Source: Vairimorpha necatrix
Lineage: Eukaryota
Length of the DNA: 64,000 nucleotides
Direction of reading: 5' to 3'
Assembly: GCA_036630325.1 (NCBI GenBank)
Contig: CP142735.1
Location: 1 to 64,000 of the forward strand
A program made the position numbers and the translations under genes. Below the pieces are notes generated by a model. It saw only the letters and a list, made by a program, of their open reading frames with translations. It was not told the origin of the DNA and did not search any database. Of this stretch, positions 13,295 to 25,840 are shown one piece after another; the stretch's first letter is position 1, and each line of letters begins with the position of its first letter.

Positions 13295-15265
13295 TGAGGT
13301 ATTACCCGGGAGTTGGCCGTTCCTCAGATAGCATTCTATAATGCTTCTCCCGGGTATTAAAGTTTTATTATAATTAAAGTTGTATTATTAAATCTGCCTC
13401 CTTGGGCTTTATCTTACCTCTTCTGGGGATGCATTGATTGATACTGCTGATTTCTAGACTTCTCTGTTCTTCTTGACATATTTTGGTGGGGGTAAAAATA
13501 AAAAGAAAATATTTATAGAAAAATAAATTCTAGAAAATTCATTTGGAGGAAAATATAATAATGTGGTAAATAATACCACATACTACCTCCTCTAAAGGGC
13601 AGCGAATTAGAATACGGATTCCTCCGAAATCATCAAATAGTTCTTTTCGCCGTTTCCTAGTAATAGCTGGGTTGGATATTTTAAACCTCAAATCAAGGTA
13701 TGAGTTTAACTTATCATATTTGAGCTTCTCAGATTCACCGTTTAAATCATATCTACATATGCTAAATGGCATCTGCTGCATTTTATTTTTGAGGCAATGT
13801 TTTCTGAAAGTTCCATTATTTAATTTATTATTCTAATAACTATCATATTTAGATGTTGCCAAATCTTTTACCTGTTGATGGTTATCTTTAATTTTACAGG
13901 AGGCTTGCTTCTTTCTTTGTTATTTATTTTAATATTTCTTGAATATATATCATCTGATGGTATCGTATTCCCTGTCCTTTTCACAAAGTCAACTATATTA
14001 GTTAAGACTTTAGCTAATAGATTGTATATTTTTTATTCAAATTCCTTATAATACAATTATCTATATTATTTATTCTTTCATTTATACATTTCTGTTTATC
14101 GATGATTTTATTTTCTTTTTGTTTCTGAATTAATAGGCAGTCGGTTTTTTTATGTTTTTCATCCAATTCATAGTTAGGAATTTTTTTATCATTAACGATT
14201 TTCCTTCTTTTTTTATTTCTCTATCGTTTTCTTTTGGTTTTCGTAGACGACAATCTCGTGTATCATGAGATCTTGCTCGATGTATAGAGCACCACTTATC
14301 ACTTTTAAAGTATCTTCCTGTTTCTTCAGGTCTTTCATAATTCTCTTTCTTAGATATAAATTGAGATATTCGTGTCCCTTCCAGTTTCGCCTGTAACATA
14401 ATCATTTCTTCCAGATCTTGTGAATATTTTAATAGCTCGTCCATTCCCTTGTTTTTCATTCCTGATTTTAAAACTTCAATTAAATTTGATCTGCCTAATC
14501 CTCTATCAAAAATCTGTTTCAATCTAACATTAAATTCCTTTTTCGATAGGTTCAAAGATAGTCCGTATATTTCAATCATCGACTCTATTTTCTCATAGTA
14601 ATCTGCTATACTTCTATAATTTACCTGTTTAACAGTTTCCATCTCTGTTGATAATAAAGCTACATCATTTTTTGGATATCTAAATTCTAGTAGTTCTTTT
14701 TTTGTTTTTTGAAGCTTTTCTTATTTAGCTTATCTTTCACCTTTAAATCTAAAATCAAAGCATAGTAGATGAGTCCCATCTGCTCATCAGTCCATTTATT
14801 GGCCGTTCCTAGCTCTTCAAACAGCCTGAGATGCTTTATGGTGCAGTCTCGTTTTACATTTTTCAATTTTTTCTTTAACCAATATTGTAGTTCCTTCTAT
14901 GGTTTTATCAAATGTGATATATGCTTCATCAATATTTTGTTTCTCAGTATTATTACTTTTTTCTAATATTAATGAGCTCATTGAGGTATTACCCGGGAGT
15001 TGGCTGCTTCTCAGATAGCATTCTATAATGCTTCTCCCAGGTATTAAAGTTTTTTATAATTAAATTTGTATTATTAAATCTGCCTCAATGGGCTTTATCT
15101 TCCTCTTCTGGGGATGCAGTGATTGATACTGCTGATTTCTAGACTCCTCTGTTCTTCTTGACATATTTTGGTGGGGTAAAAATAAAAAGAAAATATTTAT
15201 AGAAAAATAAATTATAGAAAATTCATTTGGAGGGAAAATATAATAATGTGGTAAATAATACCACA
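13295..15265 (-). mobile_element. Non-autonomous LTR element (LTRs 13295-13580 and 14982-15265, TSD AATTC) with gag remnant
   Basis: ~285-bp TG...CA direct repeats with several mismatches, AATTC at 13290-13294 and 15266-15270, and PPT AGAGGAGGTAGTA at 13581-13593. Absent from copy 2 (empty site ~42984). Confidence 0.92.
14130..14642 (-). pseudogene. gag: Gag fragment with CxxHx4Hx4C zinc-knuckle variant
   Basis: Translation contains WCSIHRARSHDTRDC and lies inside the LTR element. Confidence 0.75.
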
Positions 15266-15447
15266 AATTCATATTCAATATGGAAAAATATAGTTTATTT
15301 CAGAAAATAACATAATTAATACTATTGTTATAATATATATAAACAATCTTTACTAATATATACAACATAATTACTATTATTTTTCTAATAAAAATGAATT
15401 ATAACGGGATATTCTAATGGTGTTTTACTTTCTAGTATATTCTGAAT

Positions 15448-15615
15448 AGGTTCCGCGTTAGCGTCTCCTGTTTGTGGGCAGCTTCTCGACTCTTAGTCCT
15501 TTTCAAAGCGGAACCCAAACATCTCTTCGGTAGTCTATTAGAAAACTTTAGTTTGTCTTCTGTTAATCATCTTGATGTACGCTTCTAATTCTTAGAGTAT
15601 TTGATAGTTTAACCT
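15448..15615 (-). mobile_element. 3' fragment of RLE-type non-LTR retrotransposon (family B)
   Basis: Shares ggttccgcgttagcgtctcctg and gatgtacgcttct (IEAYI coding) with 32100-32392. Confidence 0.7.
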
Positions 15616-18600
15616 ATTTTTTATTTTATATAACACAACAATATTAATATTATATTATATTTTAATTCAAATATATATGTATCTTCTTTATTATACTCTA
15701 ACAACTTTCTTATTTACTTTTTTATATATCATTTTTGTTTAATCATAATATATTTAAATTTTTTTCCTTAAATGAAGATAATTTCAGATCCAAAAATATA
15801 TTAATTAAATATTACAAAAAAAATAGTTTCATTAAATATAATTGACAAGATTAATATGAACCTAGCATCGATAAAAAAATATTAGAATTCTACAAGGCTT
15901 GATCTGATGATTTATTTTTCATTAGTATTTATTGTAACATAATCCGTTGTTTTAATTATCTTTATCATTAAAAAAAAACAAAATTCATTACCGACAATTA
16001 AATTACTACACACCTTCTTTTACAAGGCCAACATGTTTTTTCTAAATATATTTTTTTTTATACTAAACTCTAGATTTTTACATATATATATATATATATA
16101 TAGAAAATAATCATTCTTATTTATTTATAGAATTTTATATCAAATATACGTTTTTATGATATTTTTATTTATTAAACTCATTTAATCTTTTATTATTATA
16201 GAATGAAAGTCTTTAATATGGTTAATATAATGTTCTAATTATTTATAACTTTACATTTAAAATATTTTGTTCTACTGATTCATCTTAATTATAACTGTAA
16301 ACAGTTTATATGATAATACACTATCTATTTATTACTATTATATTATCTAAAGTTGAATGTTTACTAATAAAGACTTTTAAAGCTGATATTAAACTTTGTC
16401 TGAATCAGTGTCAATATATACTTTATATGACAGATATGAAATTGCAATCAATTACCGTATGCACAAACTTTCAAATTTTATTATATGCTAAATTTCTTAT
16501 CTAATAAATTCGCTTTTCGATTTTTATAAATTTTTCGTAAATGTTAATGATCCTTCATTAGATATTTTTCTAGACATTCTCTTCTTTTCTCATAATATTA
16601 CTCTCTTCTTGATTTTTATTTTTTTTCCATGCAAGATAAGAGAGAACCATTACATAGAATTTTGTTAGCAATGAATTTAACCTCATACGTTTAGTATAGG
16701 TAGTTTATTGATAAATACCGATTTGAATTCTCATACAAACTACAGAAAGTACATATTGTAAAAATTTTTCGTTTCAGAACATATGTTTTTATCTATCTTT
16801 ATATTACATCGTCAAGATTCACTGCTGATAAGAAACTAAGATTTAAATAAATTCTAAATTGCAAAATCATGTACATAATTTACTAACACAAATAACACTT
16901 ATCATTACACGAATCTTTTACGCGACTTCTAACATTACTTAATTCGATCCTGCTTTCTACGGACTTCTTTGACCATATGTAATTCGAATTCAAAAAAATG
17001 GGGATATAGAATCGTATAAAAGAACTGAAGATGCTCCTAGATAAATTCTTCTAGTCGTTAATTCACCATTAACAAATTTAATTAAACACCGCATCAGTAA
17101 TGTTTTTTAAAAAAACTGGCCTCTTTTTTAAAACACGGTCGATGTAAACATCAATTTTATTTCTAATTGTAAGTGAAGTTGTTCATTAATAGTAAAGTTC
17201 TATTTTTGTATTTTTCGAAGCTCATTGTAACATAAAATTTTTTAATGATTTCCAAAATAAACTTTGTCGTGCGGGGAACAATAAAGTTTTTTCAAAAGAA
17301 GTAAATCTTAAAAATCATTATGGTATAGGCTTGACTATGTTTTTTTTAGTGACATTAATCTTAATGGTAAAGGAGTGTACATGCAATTTATATCTCATAA
17401 ATATTTTCAAAATGTTCTACATATTTAATGTCTACTACAAAAAATATAATTTTAAAAAGGTTATAAAAAGCTACCATATACAATATATCTTATCATTTTT
17501 TATACAATATTCATTTTTAATTTATATATATATAGAACATTCGTTTTCAGTTTATTAATACTCTATATGTAAATTTTTCTTATATTACACTATTGATTAT
17601 AAAATTGTATAAAAAAACGGTTTGTTATTTTTTTTGAAACTTAAAATATTTTTATCCACTCTATATATATTGCTGATGCAAGTTTTATATTCAAATTTAT
17701 TAACTTAAAAATTTCTACATACATATTTTTATGTATAAAGTTCAAGTTATTTTTGATTTTTAAAGAGTGTGTTTGGTAAGCATTATTTTAATGCTTGTTT
17801 TTTATTAAATTTAAGATACGTTTCTTGTCATTTTCAAATAATAATTGAAAAATTTAAATACTTAAAATTATTATATTTTACATAATGTATTTTTTAACTA
17901 AGAATTTATCTTATTTTTGATTTTACACAGATACATTGAATCATGCGGTTTTACTTAATATTCTAAACTATTAACAAGTTGATTATAGTAATTCGACATG
18001 AATTTTACGTATTAAGCGTATTTCACCTAGGTTTTCTAAGGTAATTTTCATATTTATTTCTTGTCAAGATTTTATCTACAACTGATATTTATTTAAACAA
18101 TACATCTCTTTTAAATAAACAATACTAAATTACAATCTAAAAATTCATAAAGATTATCAAATGTGTAACCTTATGTTTTGTTATACGATAGAAGGTTAGG
18201 TTCAGATTTGCGGAACTAACAAATAACAATAACAGTAGTACTATTTTAATAATTATATAATTGTTCCTTGTCCTTTATACCAGGAATGTAAGCTACTAAT
18301 GCTCTAAAATAAATATTGAACTGTTTTTTAAAGAAATTGTTTGTTTAATTTTGTAAATATTAATTTCTCGCATATATATATTTTCGCCCTAAATATTATA
18401 AATGGCTTGAACATAACATCAAAATTGTTTTTGTAAGAAACGACATTTCGATAATCTTTCATCTAGGGAATTTGTTTTTCTGTTAAAAAAAATTGTGTAC
18501 GGAATTTGGTTTTAGAAATTAGAAATAAGACGAAAAGTGTTAATTTGTTTCCTGCATACTTTATTTTTTGTCAAAATATTTTTAAATAACTTATAATGTG

Positions 18601-19850
18601 AATATAATGTCTTTTTCTTTTTTTTTATATAACATATATAAAATATGTGCATTTTTTATAAAAAGATAATTTACAACCAAATCAATCCCAGGAATTATCA
18701 GTCAAAATTTATGTGTGCAATTATTAAATCCATGTATAATATGTAATGTAAACGAATAAATTCGATTTGGTGTACAGTTTAATAACTATTTTTGATCTGT
18801 AATCTTTTTATTTGTTTTCTTTTCTATTATATACAACGTCCTCTTATCTGTTTGAATTATGTATGATTTTGATGGTCTAATTATTTGCAAACAGAAAGTA
18901 TATCTATTAGGGGGTGTAATGCAAAAATATACCATTTAATTGTTTTTTAGATATGTTATATTTAAATGATCATTACCCCATCTTATGAAAAATATTTTCA
19001 TCTCAGGAATATCTAAAAAATATAGTATCCCAAAATGAATTTTTTTCATTGTTAAGATTATATAATTTTACAATAAAATGTTAACGTAATGAAATCTAAA
19101 CATATCAAATATTAAATTGCGGAATTATATTACTCTATTGTATATATGTTGTAAAAATGATTTTATTTATAATCAAAATCACAAATAATTATAATCTCGT
19201 GTTTCCCACTTTATATTTCCTTTATTTTTCAACTTTTGTTCATTTTACTATCTAAAAAAACTGATTATTTCTCTTCTATTTTTGGTTTTGTAAGTCAAAA
19301 TCTCTATAATGAGTCCTAAAGAATATTAATAATAGTACATTTACACTGACATTATATTTTTAGAGTATATAAGATACGTGAATTTTCTTTTTTAATTTGT
19401 CTTTTATTTTATTTTTAACTTTTTAGCACTCTGTCTTGACAAAAAGAACAATAGTTTGATTGTTTACAATACTTAATTTTCATCGATTGGGTTCTTTAAT
19501 ATAACTTGTTTATTCATTTACATATGAATTTTTTTTCTTTATTAATTAATCGATATTGTTCATAACTGAGAAACAAACATAATTTCTTATTATATATCAT
19601 TAAAAACGTTATTGTTAATATGTTGTCTGTACGAATAAAATATATGAAGTATTTGTTTCAGGGGTATTATATTCTTTTATACATAGATACATATGATTGT
19701 TGAAATAAATATGAACTTATTAATATGATTTTTATTTATTAGTATATTTATGTATATTTATATTAAGCACATGCCATGTTTATTATATCTACACATATCT
19801 TAGTAAAAATTTATAAATTTTGTTGGCATTTTGAATTTCTAGTATCATAT

Positions 19851-20112
19851 TGTCATAGCCTGATGCTATGTCAAGAATTTTTGATATTTAATTTTTATCA
19901 AAAATTTCATTAACCATTTTTTACAAAAAATATTTAAATAAAAATTTAAAAAGAAGGGTAAGACGAAATGAAAAGAAATGAAATTAATCAAGAGAGGCCT
20001 AGACCAGGACAAGGGTCAAGATATAATGAATTTAACAATTTAAAAAATAAAAGTATTTTAAGTATATTAGAGAACTATTTTAAAGACGGGTGTTATCCCC
20101 GTGGGCATGACA
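19851..20112. mobile_element. Solo LTR, 262 bp, TSD CATAT
   Basis: TGTCAT...ATGACA termini, CATAT at 19846-19850 and 20113-20117. Absent at the paralogous site ~53483. Confidence 0.85.
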
Positions 20113-20929
20113 CATATAATTTTTATTTTATTTTATATAGACTTCGAGGTTGATTTACGCCCTAAATAAGGAATATTGTTGTTTTCTTTAAATTTGTTCA
20201 TTTTTTCTGCGCTTTTCGATCCTTAATGTTTATCTTTCCTAATCTTTTCCTAAAAGTGTCTTGTTTAAGTAAAATGCTAATGACTAACTGGAGATATTCA
20301 AACACAAGAAACATTTGTTATATAAATCTTTATATGTCAACATTACAGATATATATCTGCTCATTTTGACATCTAAAGTCAATGATTTCTTCAGTTTATA
20401 TCTATGTTGCCATTCATTAATTGCTTTTTATTTAGGGCAGGGCACGTCTCAGTATGCAAATGACTCGTCACAAATAGTTTAACAATTCTGTAGTATTGAT
20501 GAAGAATCTGTTCGAAATAAAAAATATCTTAGAACATCATAGTCGATGATATAGATAAATATATCCAAAACAATGTATTTAACAGTGTTTGTTAATAAAC
20601 GATTAAACCAATTATTTTTATTTCTATATTATACATACTAACTTTACTTGTTTGCAAGCGTTAGATATAATTATAATTTTTCAATCGCAAAAAATATTAA
20701 ATCTACTTTTGAAGTTTGGTACTTACAATACTGTTTATTCTGAATTTTAATATCAGATTATTTTTGTCTTGTCAATATTATTATCTCTTCTTAAATATAT
20801 ATATACATATACAAATACATCTCTTCTTAATAATTAGTTAGTCGTTTAAAATATCATTAATAATTACTTTCAAGCCTTCATGATATAGCTAAATTCTTTT
20901 GTGATGAATTATTTTGGGGTAATTATTTT

Positions 20930-21370
20930 CCTCAGTTATTTATCATGATTTTCTTCTTCATCTTATTACATTTGTATATATATTGTCAAGTTTGGAAAAT
21001 CTAAAATTTAGATCTCTTAAATTCAAAATTATTGCATTTTAGACTAATTATTTTTTCATGATTTTCTTTTCAGCCTTATTGTATATATATATGTATATAG
21101 AATTTTCCTCATTTAAATATGAAAATTTCAAAACTCTAAAATTAGAAATTATGACATTTTAGACAAATATTTTTTCATGTTTTTTATCAGCTTCTTATTT
21201 TTTAAAAATGTGTATATATACTTGTCATCAATGAAAAAAGAAAATCAAAATTATGTCATTTTAGATAATTTATTTTTTCATGATTTTATTCTTATTCTTG
21301 ATGTTTGAATATATATACTTGTCATCCTTGGGATATTAAAAATTTGGAAGTTCAAAAAACAAAATTTTGA
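20930..21370. repeat. Degenerate tandem repeat, ~120-bp unit, about 4 copies
   Basis: Recurrent ttttcatgatttt...tatatat...aaaatt...gacattttagac motifs. Paralog at ~54300-54730. Confidence 0.55.
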
Positions 21371-22077
21371 CTTTTAGCCTATATTTACTTTAAAATTTCA
21401 TATTCTTGGCGAGTAGAAGGGAAGATGAAATATTATACATGAACTTAAAAAAAGAGAGTTAATTATCCAATTGATATAGGGCATTTCTAACTCTTAACTA
21501 TTACCGAATACTTGCGCTGCACTATCTCCGACGTAACCATTGGGATTTGATTTGGTAAGAATTTTTTTATATACAAGCCTCTAATCGCTCATTAAATCAA
21601 TAAATATATTAAAATGAAGATTTTAAAAACTCAGTGTAGATTTATCGTTTTAATCTAGTGTCGATATTATATAAATAAATCATCTAGATTTTAGATGTGT
21701 CTTTCTCTCACACAGAACACTAAAAGCAAACTTATTAAACTTCTTTGTCATTAATGAATAATTGAACAGATCTCCATCTAATACTATATCTTGTTTGTAT
21801 AAAAACAAACTTCATAAATTTCTACATCAAGAGTGCCATAATTGGCTTTTAGATCCCTATAATATATACAGCTATGGTATTTTGAAACACAGAAGAACAA
21901 ATTATACGTAATCAGAATTCGAATTGTGAATATATTTAAGAAATTAATGATCAATTCATTACAAGAGATACTTTTCATAATATTCGTTTAGTCTATAAAT
22001 TTTGAAATATTATATTTAGTGACGTCTGTATGCCCAACAGCATCTATTTCTACACAGCGAATATAAATTTTAATTTA

Positions 22078-22147
22078 ATTCCCACTGGGAATCAAACCTT
22101 TGACCTTCGATATCCCAAATCAAGGTGCACCCTTTTGCAAGCACACT
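22078..22147 (-). pseudogene. Decayed tRNA-like sequence (paralog of 55435-55505)
   Basis: Minus strand keeps gatttgggatatc and a mutated T-loop ggtttgattccc. Confidence 0.45.
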
Positions 22148-22886
22148 TATTTAAACTTTGTTATCCTTTATGAAAACCATTTATATTTTCAAATTCCTTT
22201 AATTTTTGTTTTCTTTCTATGCATAAAGAAACATTTCATATTAGTCAGAACGAAAGATCATTAAGCGATTTAACCAAATAATAGAATAATTTACAATATT
22301 GGTTTTATGCTTTCTTATATAAAATAAGATTATATAAGATTTTCTTCGATCCGAATATACATTTCTAATATATATACATGTTATACTAAAAAATAATATA
22401 CATTTTACACGGCAAAACGAGTATATATCCTATATTATATACAAAATACTTTCATATGTGATCGCAAATTTTATGATGTACTGGCATCTATTTCAATTTC
22501 TCTATAATATCTGGCAATTTTGTTATTCTTATTTTCCATACCCCTAAAGTAAATTTTTTTAAATAATTTTTTCAACAAAGTTAAAACTGTCATTTGTAAG
22601 AATATGATTAATATGTATTTGATCTGCTACAACTATATATGAACTACACCCTTTTAATAATTTCGACTACAAAATTATAAAAACATATTTATGTGAATTA
22701 ACTAATATTCTTTATTGAGATTTTGTTTTTCTTAAATACTGTGATGTACATTACTACAACACATGGACAGATGTCAAAATTATGTCAACCGTTTTGAAAG
22801 GCATGTCAAGTTGGGTCACACAATCAAACGAAAGTTGCATGGTCGTTACTACATTCAAGTACCTCAATGTTTGTATCATGTGTTGA

Positions 22887-23205
22887 CAACATATAAAAGG
22901 CTTATTGAGTTAATTTATCATGTAAGTTAGATAGCACAGTTTCCCTCGGTATCGCTCACTAGATTCAGCTCTTCATAGACATTGGTTTATGTGGAATTAT
23001 TTATGTTTTTCAACTCCAAATTTTTAGCTTCATTCTACTATACCGACATCGCTTGTTCAACAGCCGCCATATTCGCCAATGCGCTTAAAGCTCTAACCAC
23101 TTCTTCTTCTGCATAATCTTTATCGTATCTTGTTCGTCGTTCCAAAGAGATATACTCTGGAGTTTTCTTCATCACATGAGACGGAATGTATGCTTCCAGA
23201 AATGT
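22887..23205 (-). mobile_element. 3' fragment of RLE-type non-LTR retrotransposon (family A)
   Basis: Reverse complement aligns to 55860-56184 (EAYI...KKT...SLERR and the 3' UTR). Paralog at 56771-57095. Confidence 0.8.
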
Positions 23206-23789
23206 TTAGATTTCTGCAGAATGCAAATAAGATCTTAAAATATTAATATATATGTACACAATAATAATATAGTTTAGAAATAATGAATTCCTAAACTTTT
23301 AAAATTTTACAACTGTAACTATTATTTTGGAAAAAATATTTTATTTTGACATTACGATTGATTTTTAGTAAAAATTTAATTAAATTTTGAACTTCTTCAA
23401 ACAAGTCAAGAGAATTTAAAAAATTTAAAGGCCGTATTAAATTTCAAAAAATATTATCTGGTCATCTTTTTAATTGAGTTGTTACTCTGTAGACAAAGAA
23501 AAATTAGTAATAAATTTCAAATAAAGATCATTGAATAAAGAGTAATTAACATTTTTGTTTAGTTTTTGATTGTATATTTTTTAATTAATTTATAAAGTAA
23601 AATTTGTTTTATTTTTGCTATTAAATCCTTTAAATTCAAAATCTACGCTCTTTTCTATATTTTGTTTATTTTAAATTTCCCTCCTAAAATATTAAATAAA
23701 ATTTTTTTGTTTATGGGCAATGAGAAATCAAAGATTGGATTGGTGCAATAAAGAGATAAGACAAGTTTGGAATGACAATGAAGTTTTAA

Positions 23790-24185
23790 AAATATATAGT
23801 ATTATAAAAATAAGTATTATATAATTTATAATCCAGCCCAGTCAATTTTTTTTCTGCTAGTGTAATAAACTCGATATTTTATGTTTATATTCTTTTTTAT
23901 CAGCTGAAGATGATGATACGAATTATATACTTCAGAAATTTGAGTACCGTTAGTTATACCAACTTCAATGGACAAGACCTTATAGCGCTTGCGCATCCCA
24001 CGTGTCGCGAGAAGTTGAAAAGTTGGAATACAGATGTATACTCAAATTTCCGAAGTATTAAATTGTATAATAATCATTAGCTGATAAATAAGATCATGAG
24101 CATAAAATAAAAAAAAATTACATTAACAGTGAAAAAAACACGGGCTGCCTCAAGAATTGTAATTTTACTTTTTACTATAATTATA
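23790..24185. mobile_element. Palindromic (foldback/MITE-like) element with a GC-rich central loop
   Basis: Paired arms cagccc/gggctg, ttatcagct/agctgataa, cttcagaaatttgagta/tactcaaatttccgaag and ccaactt/aagttgg. Paralog at ~59760-60150. Confidence 0.65.
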
Positions 24186-24965
24186 ATAGAAGCTCTGCCG
24201 CTACATTAGCTTTACCCAAATTTAGCTATATATTCTATTGATTGATAAACATAAGGATCACCGGTCATATATTTCTAGTCCGTAGAAAATAATGATTTTA
24301 ATGATCGCATTTATACCTAATTATTGCCAATCAAACATAAGTATGATTATTACATAATCATTGAGAAGAATGTATGCGAAAACTTCTATAGATATAAGTT
24401 TACCATTATCTGAGCAAATGTATCAGGTATTAAAAGGGATATTAGAATTAAGATCAAAATTATGAATATTAGATTATTTGGAAACAGTTTTACGTAGAAT
24501 AAAGGTGCAATTTTAGACACTTCGAGTATTTAAATAAATTTACTTACTAATATTATTCATAGAACATCAGTCTGATGAATTGTGTGATATGTGTAAACAG
24601 GAGTATTCTGATGATTATTCTAGTTTGGTTTATTTATGATTATAAGAATTCAAATAGATGATTTATGAAAACTTTCAGAATGCTTATAATTTTTTGTGTC
24701 CCTTCCATATACTGATTTAAACAAATGTGAAAATTCAAAAAGATATCATATTAAGTGTTATAACACTATATGATAAACAATGAATATTTTTAATTAGAAA
24801 GTATTTATAAATATCCCCAATTCTCAATTTGCTTTTAATTTAAAATAGATGTATAAGGATAAAATTTTAGAAATATCGAAAACAAAATATTAGACAAAAA
24901 AGTATTTTATAAATATATATATATTTACTAGAAATTGTTATTAATGAGGTTTCTATATAAAAGAT

Positions 24966-25255
24966 TGTGATGACCTGATTAAAAACATTCTCATCACATT
25001 GTTTGTTTACTTCTCTTAACAAATACTTCATTTTAAGTAATAAGACGCTATACTCCGTTATAAGAATAATCTTTCTAAAACTTCTTGTTGTTTGTTTGTT
25101 TGTTTACAAACAAACATGTAAAACTATAAATAGCGGAAAAGCCCAAAAGGGCATGGTGAGCAAGAAGGATAAAGCAAACTCAATTAACAATAAATATAAT
25201 AGTTTTGAAAATGTCTTTTATCTCATCGAGACATATCTCCGCCTACGATATGTCA
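24966..25255. mobile_element. Solo LTR-like insertion, 290 bp, TSD AAGAT
   Basis: TG...CA ends, AAGAT at 24961-24965 and 25256-25260. Missing from copy 2 (~60915). Confidence 0.8.
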
Positions 25256-25651
25256 AAGATATACAAAAAATATCAGTTCGAAATGTTGAGTCCTTTTTAC
25301 TTTTTTTGATCTACAGCTGAATTAACGAGTAACATTATACGATCAGATATAAAATATTTTCTCTAATAGAAAGATACTAACATAACAATCAGATATATAT
25401 ATATATATATATATTTCGTTTTAATTGAAGGTGGTCTACTCATCTCCTGAACAGGTTTGTCAATATTATCATATATTGAAAGTAAGTTTTTCTAAAACTA
25501 TCCTTTATTAAAAGTAATTTTGATCTCGTAAAATCATGAGATATCTTAAGATCAAGATGTTGTAACTAATTTTATAATATCCTATATTGGGTCGCAAAAT
25601 TCTATGTTATACTACCATAAGATATCGTTGGAATATAGTTATATTTCGACA

Positions 25652-25840
25652 TAAAAATAAATGAATCTAATTAGGGTATGCTTATTGTAATTTATATTTA
25701 TAGTTTGACAAGGATAGGTTCCGCGTTAGCGCCTCCTGCTTGTAGGTTGCTTCTTATCTCCATAGTCCTTTCCACATCAGCTTCGTATTCTCTCCTTCAT
25801 TAGTCCAGAGAAATGGTTTGTAGCGTGATCATCTGGAAGA
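25652..25840 (-). mobile_element. 3' fragment of RLE-type non-LTR retrotransposon (family B)
   Basis: Aligns to 32100-32300, including the 3' end taaaataaatgaatYtaattagggtatgc. Confidence 0.75.

Larger units (their letters stand above)
3655..25637 (+). repeat. Subtelomeric block, copy 1 of a direct segmental duplication
   Basis: Colinear with 33330-61301 from 'cgtaagcttttagccctcaaa' (3665 vs 33354) to 'gatatcgttggaatata' (~25637 vs ~61301). Confidence 0.95.

Noticed and set aside
13295-13360. Hammerhead ribozyme (minus strand CTGAGGA next to stems)
   Set aside because: No GAAA core after a stem II, and the second LTR reads CTGAGAA
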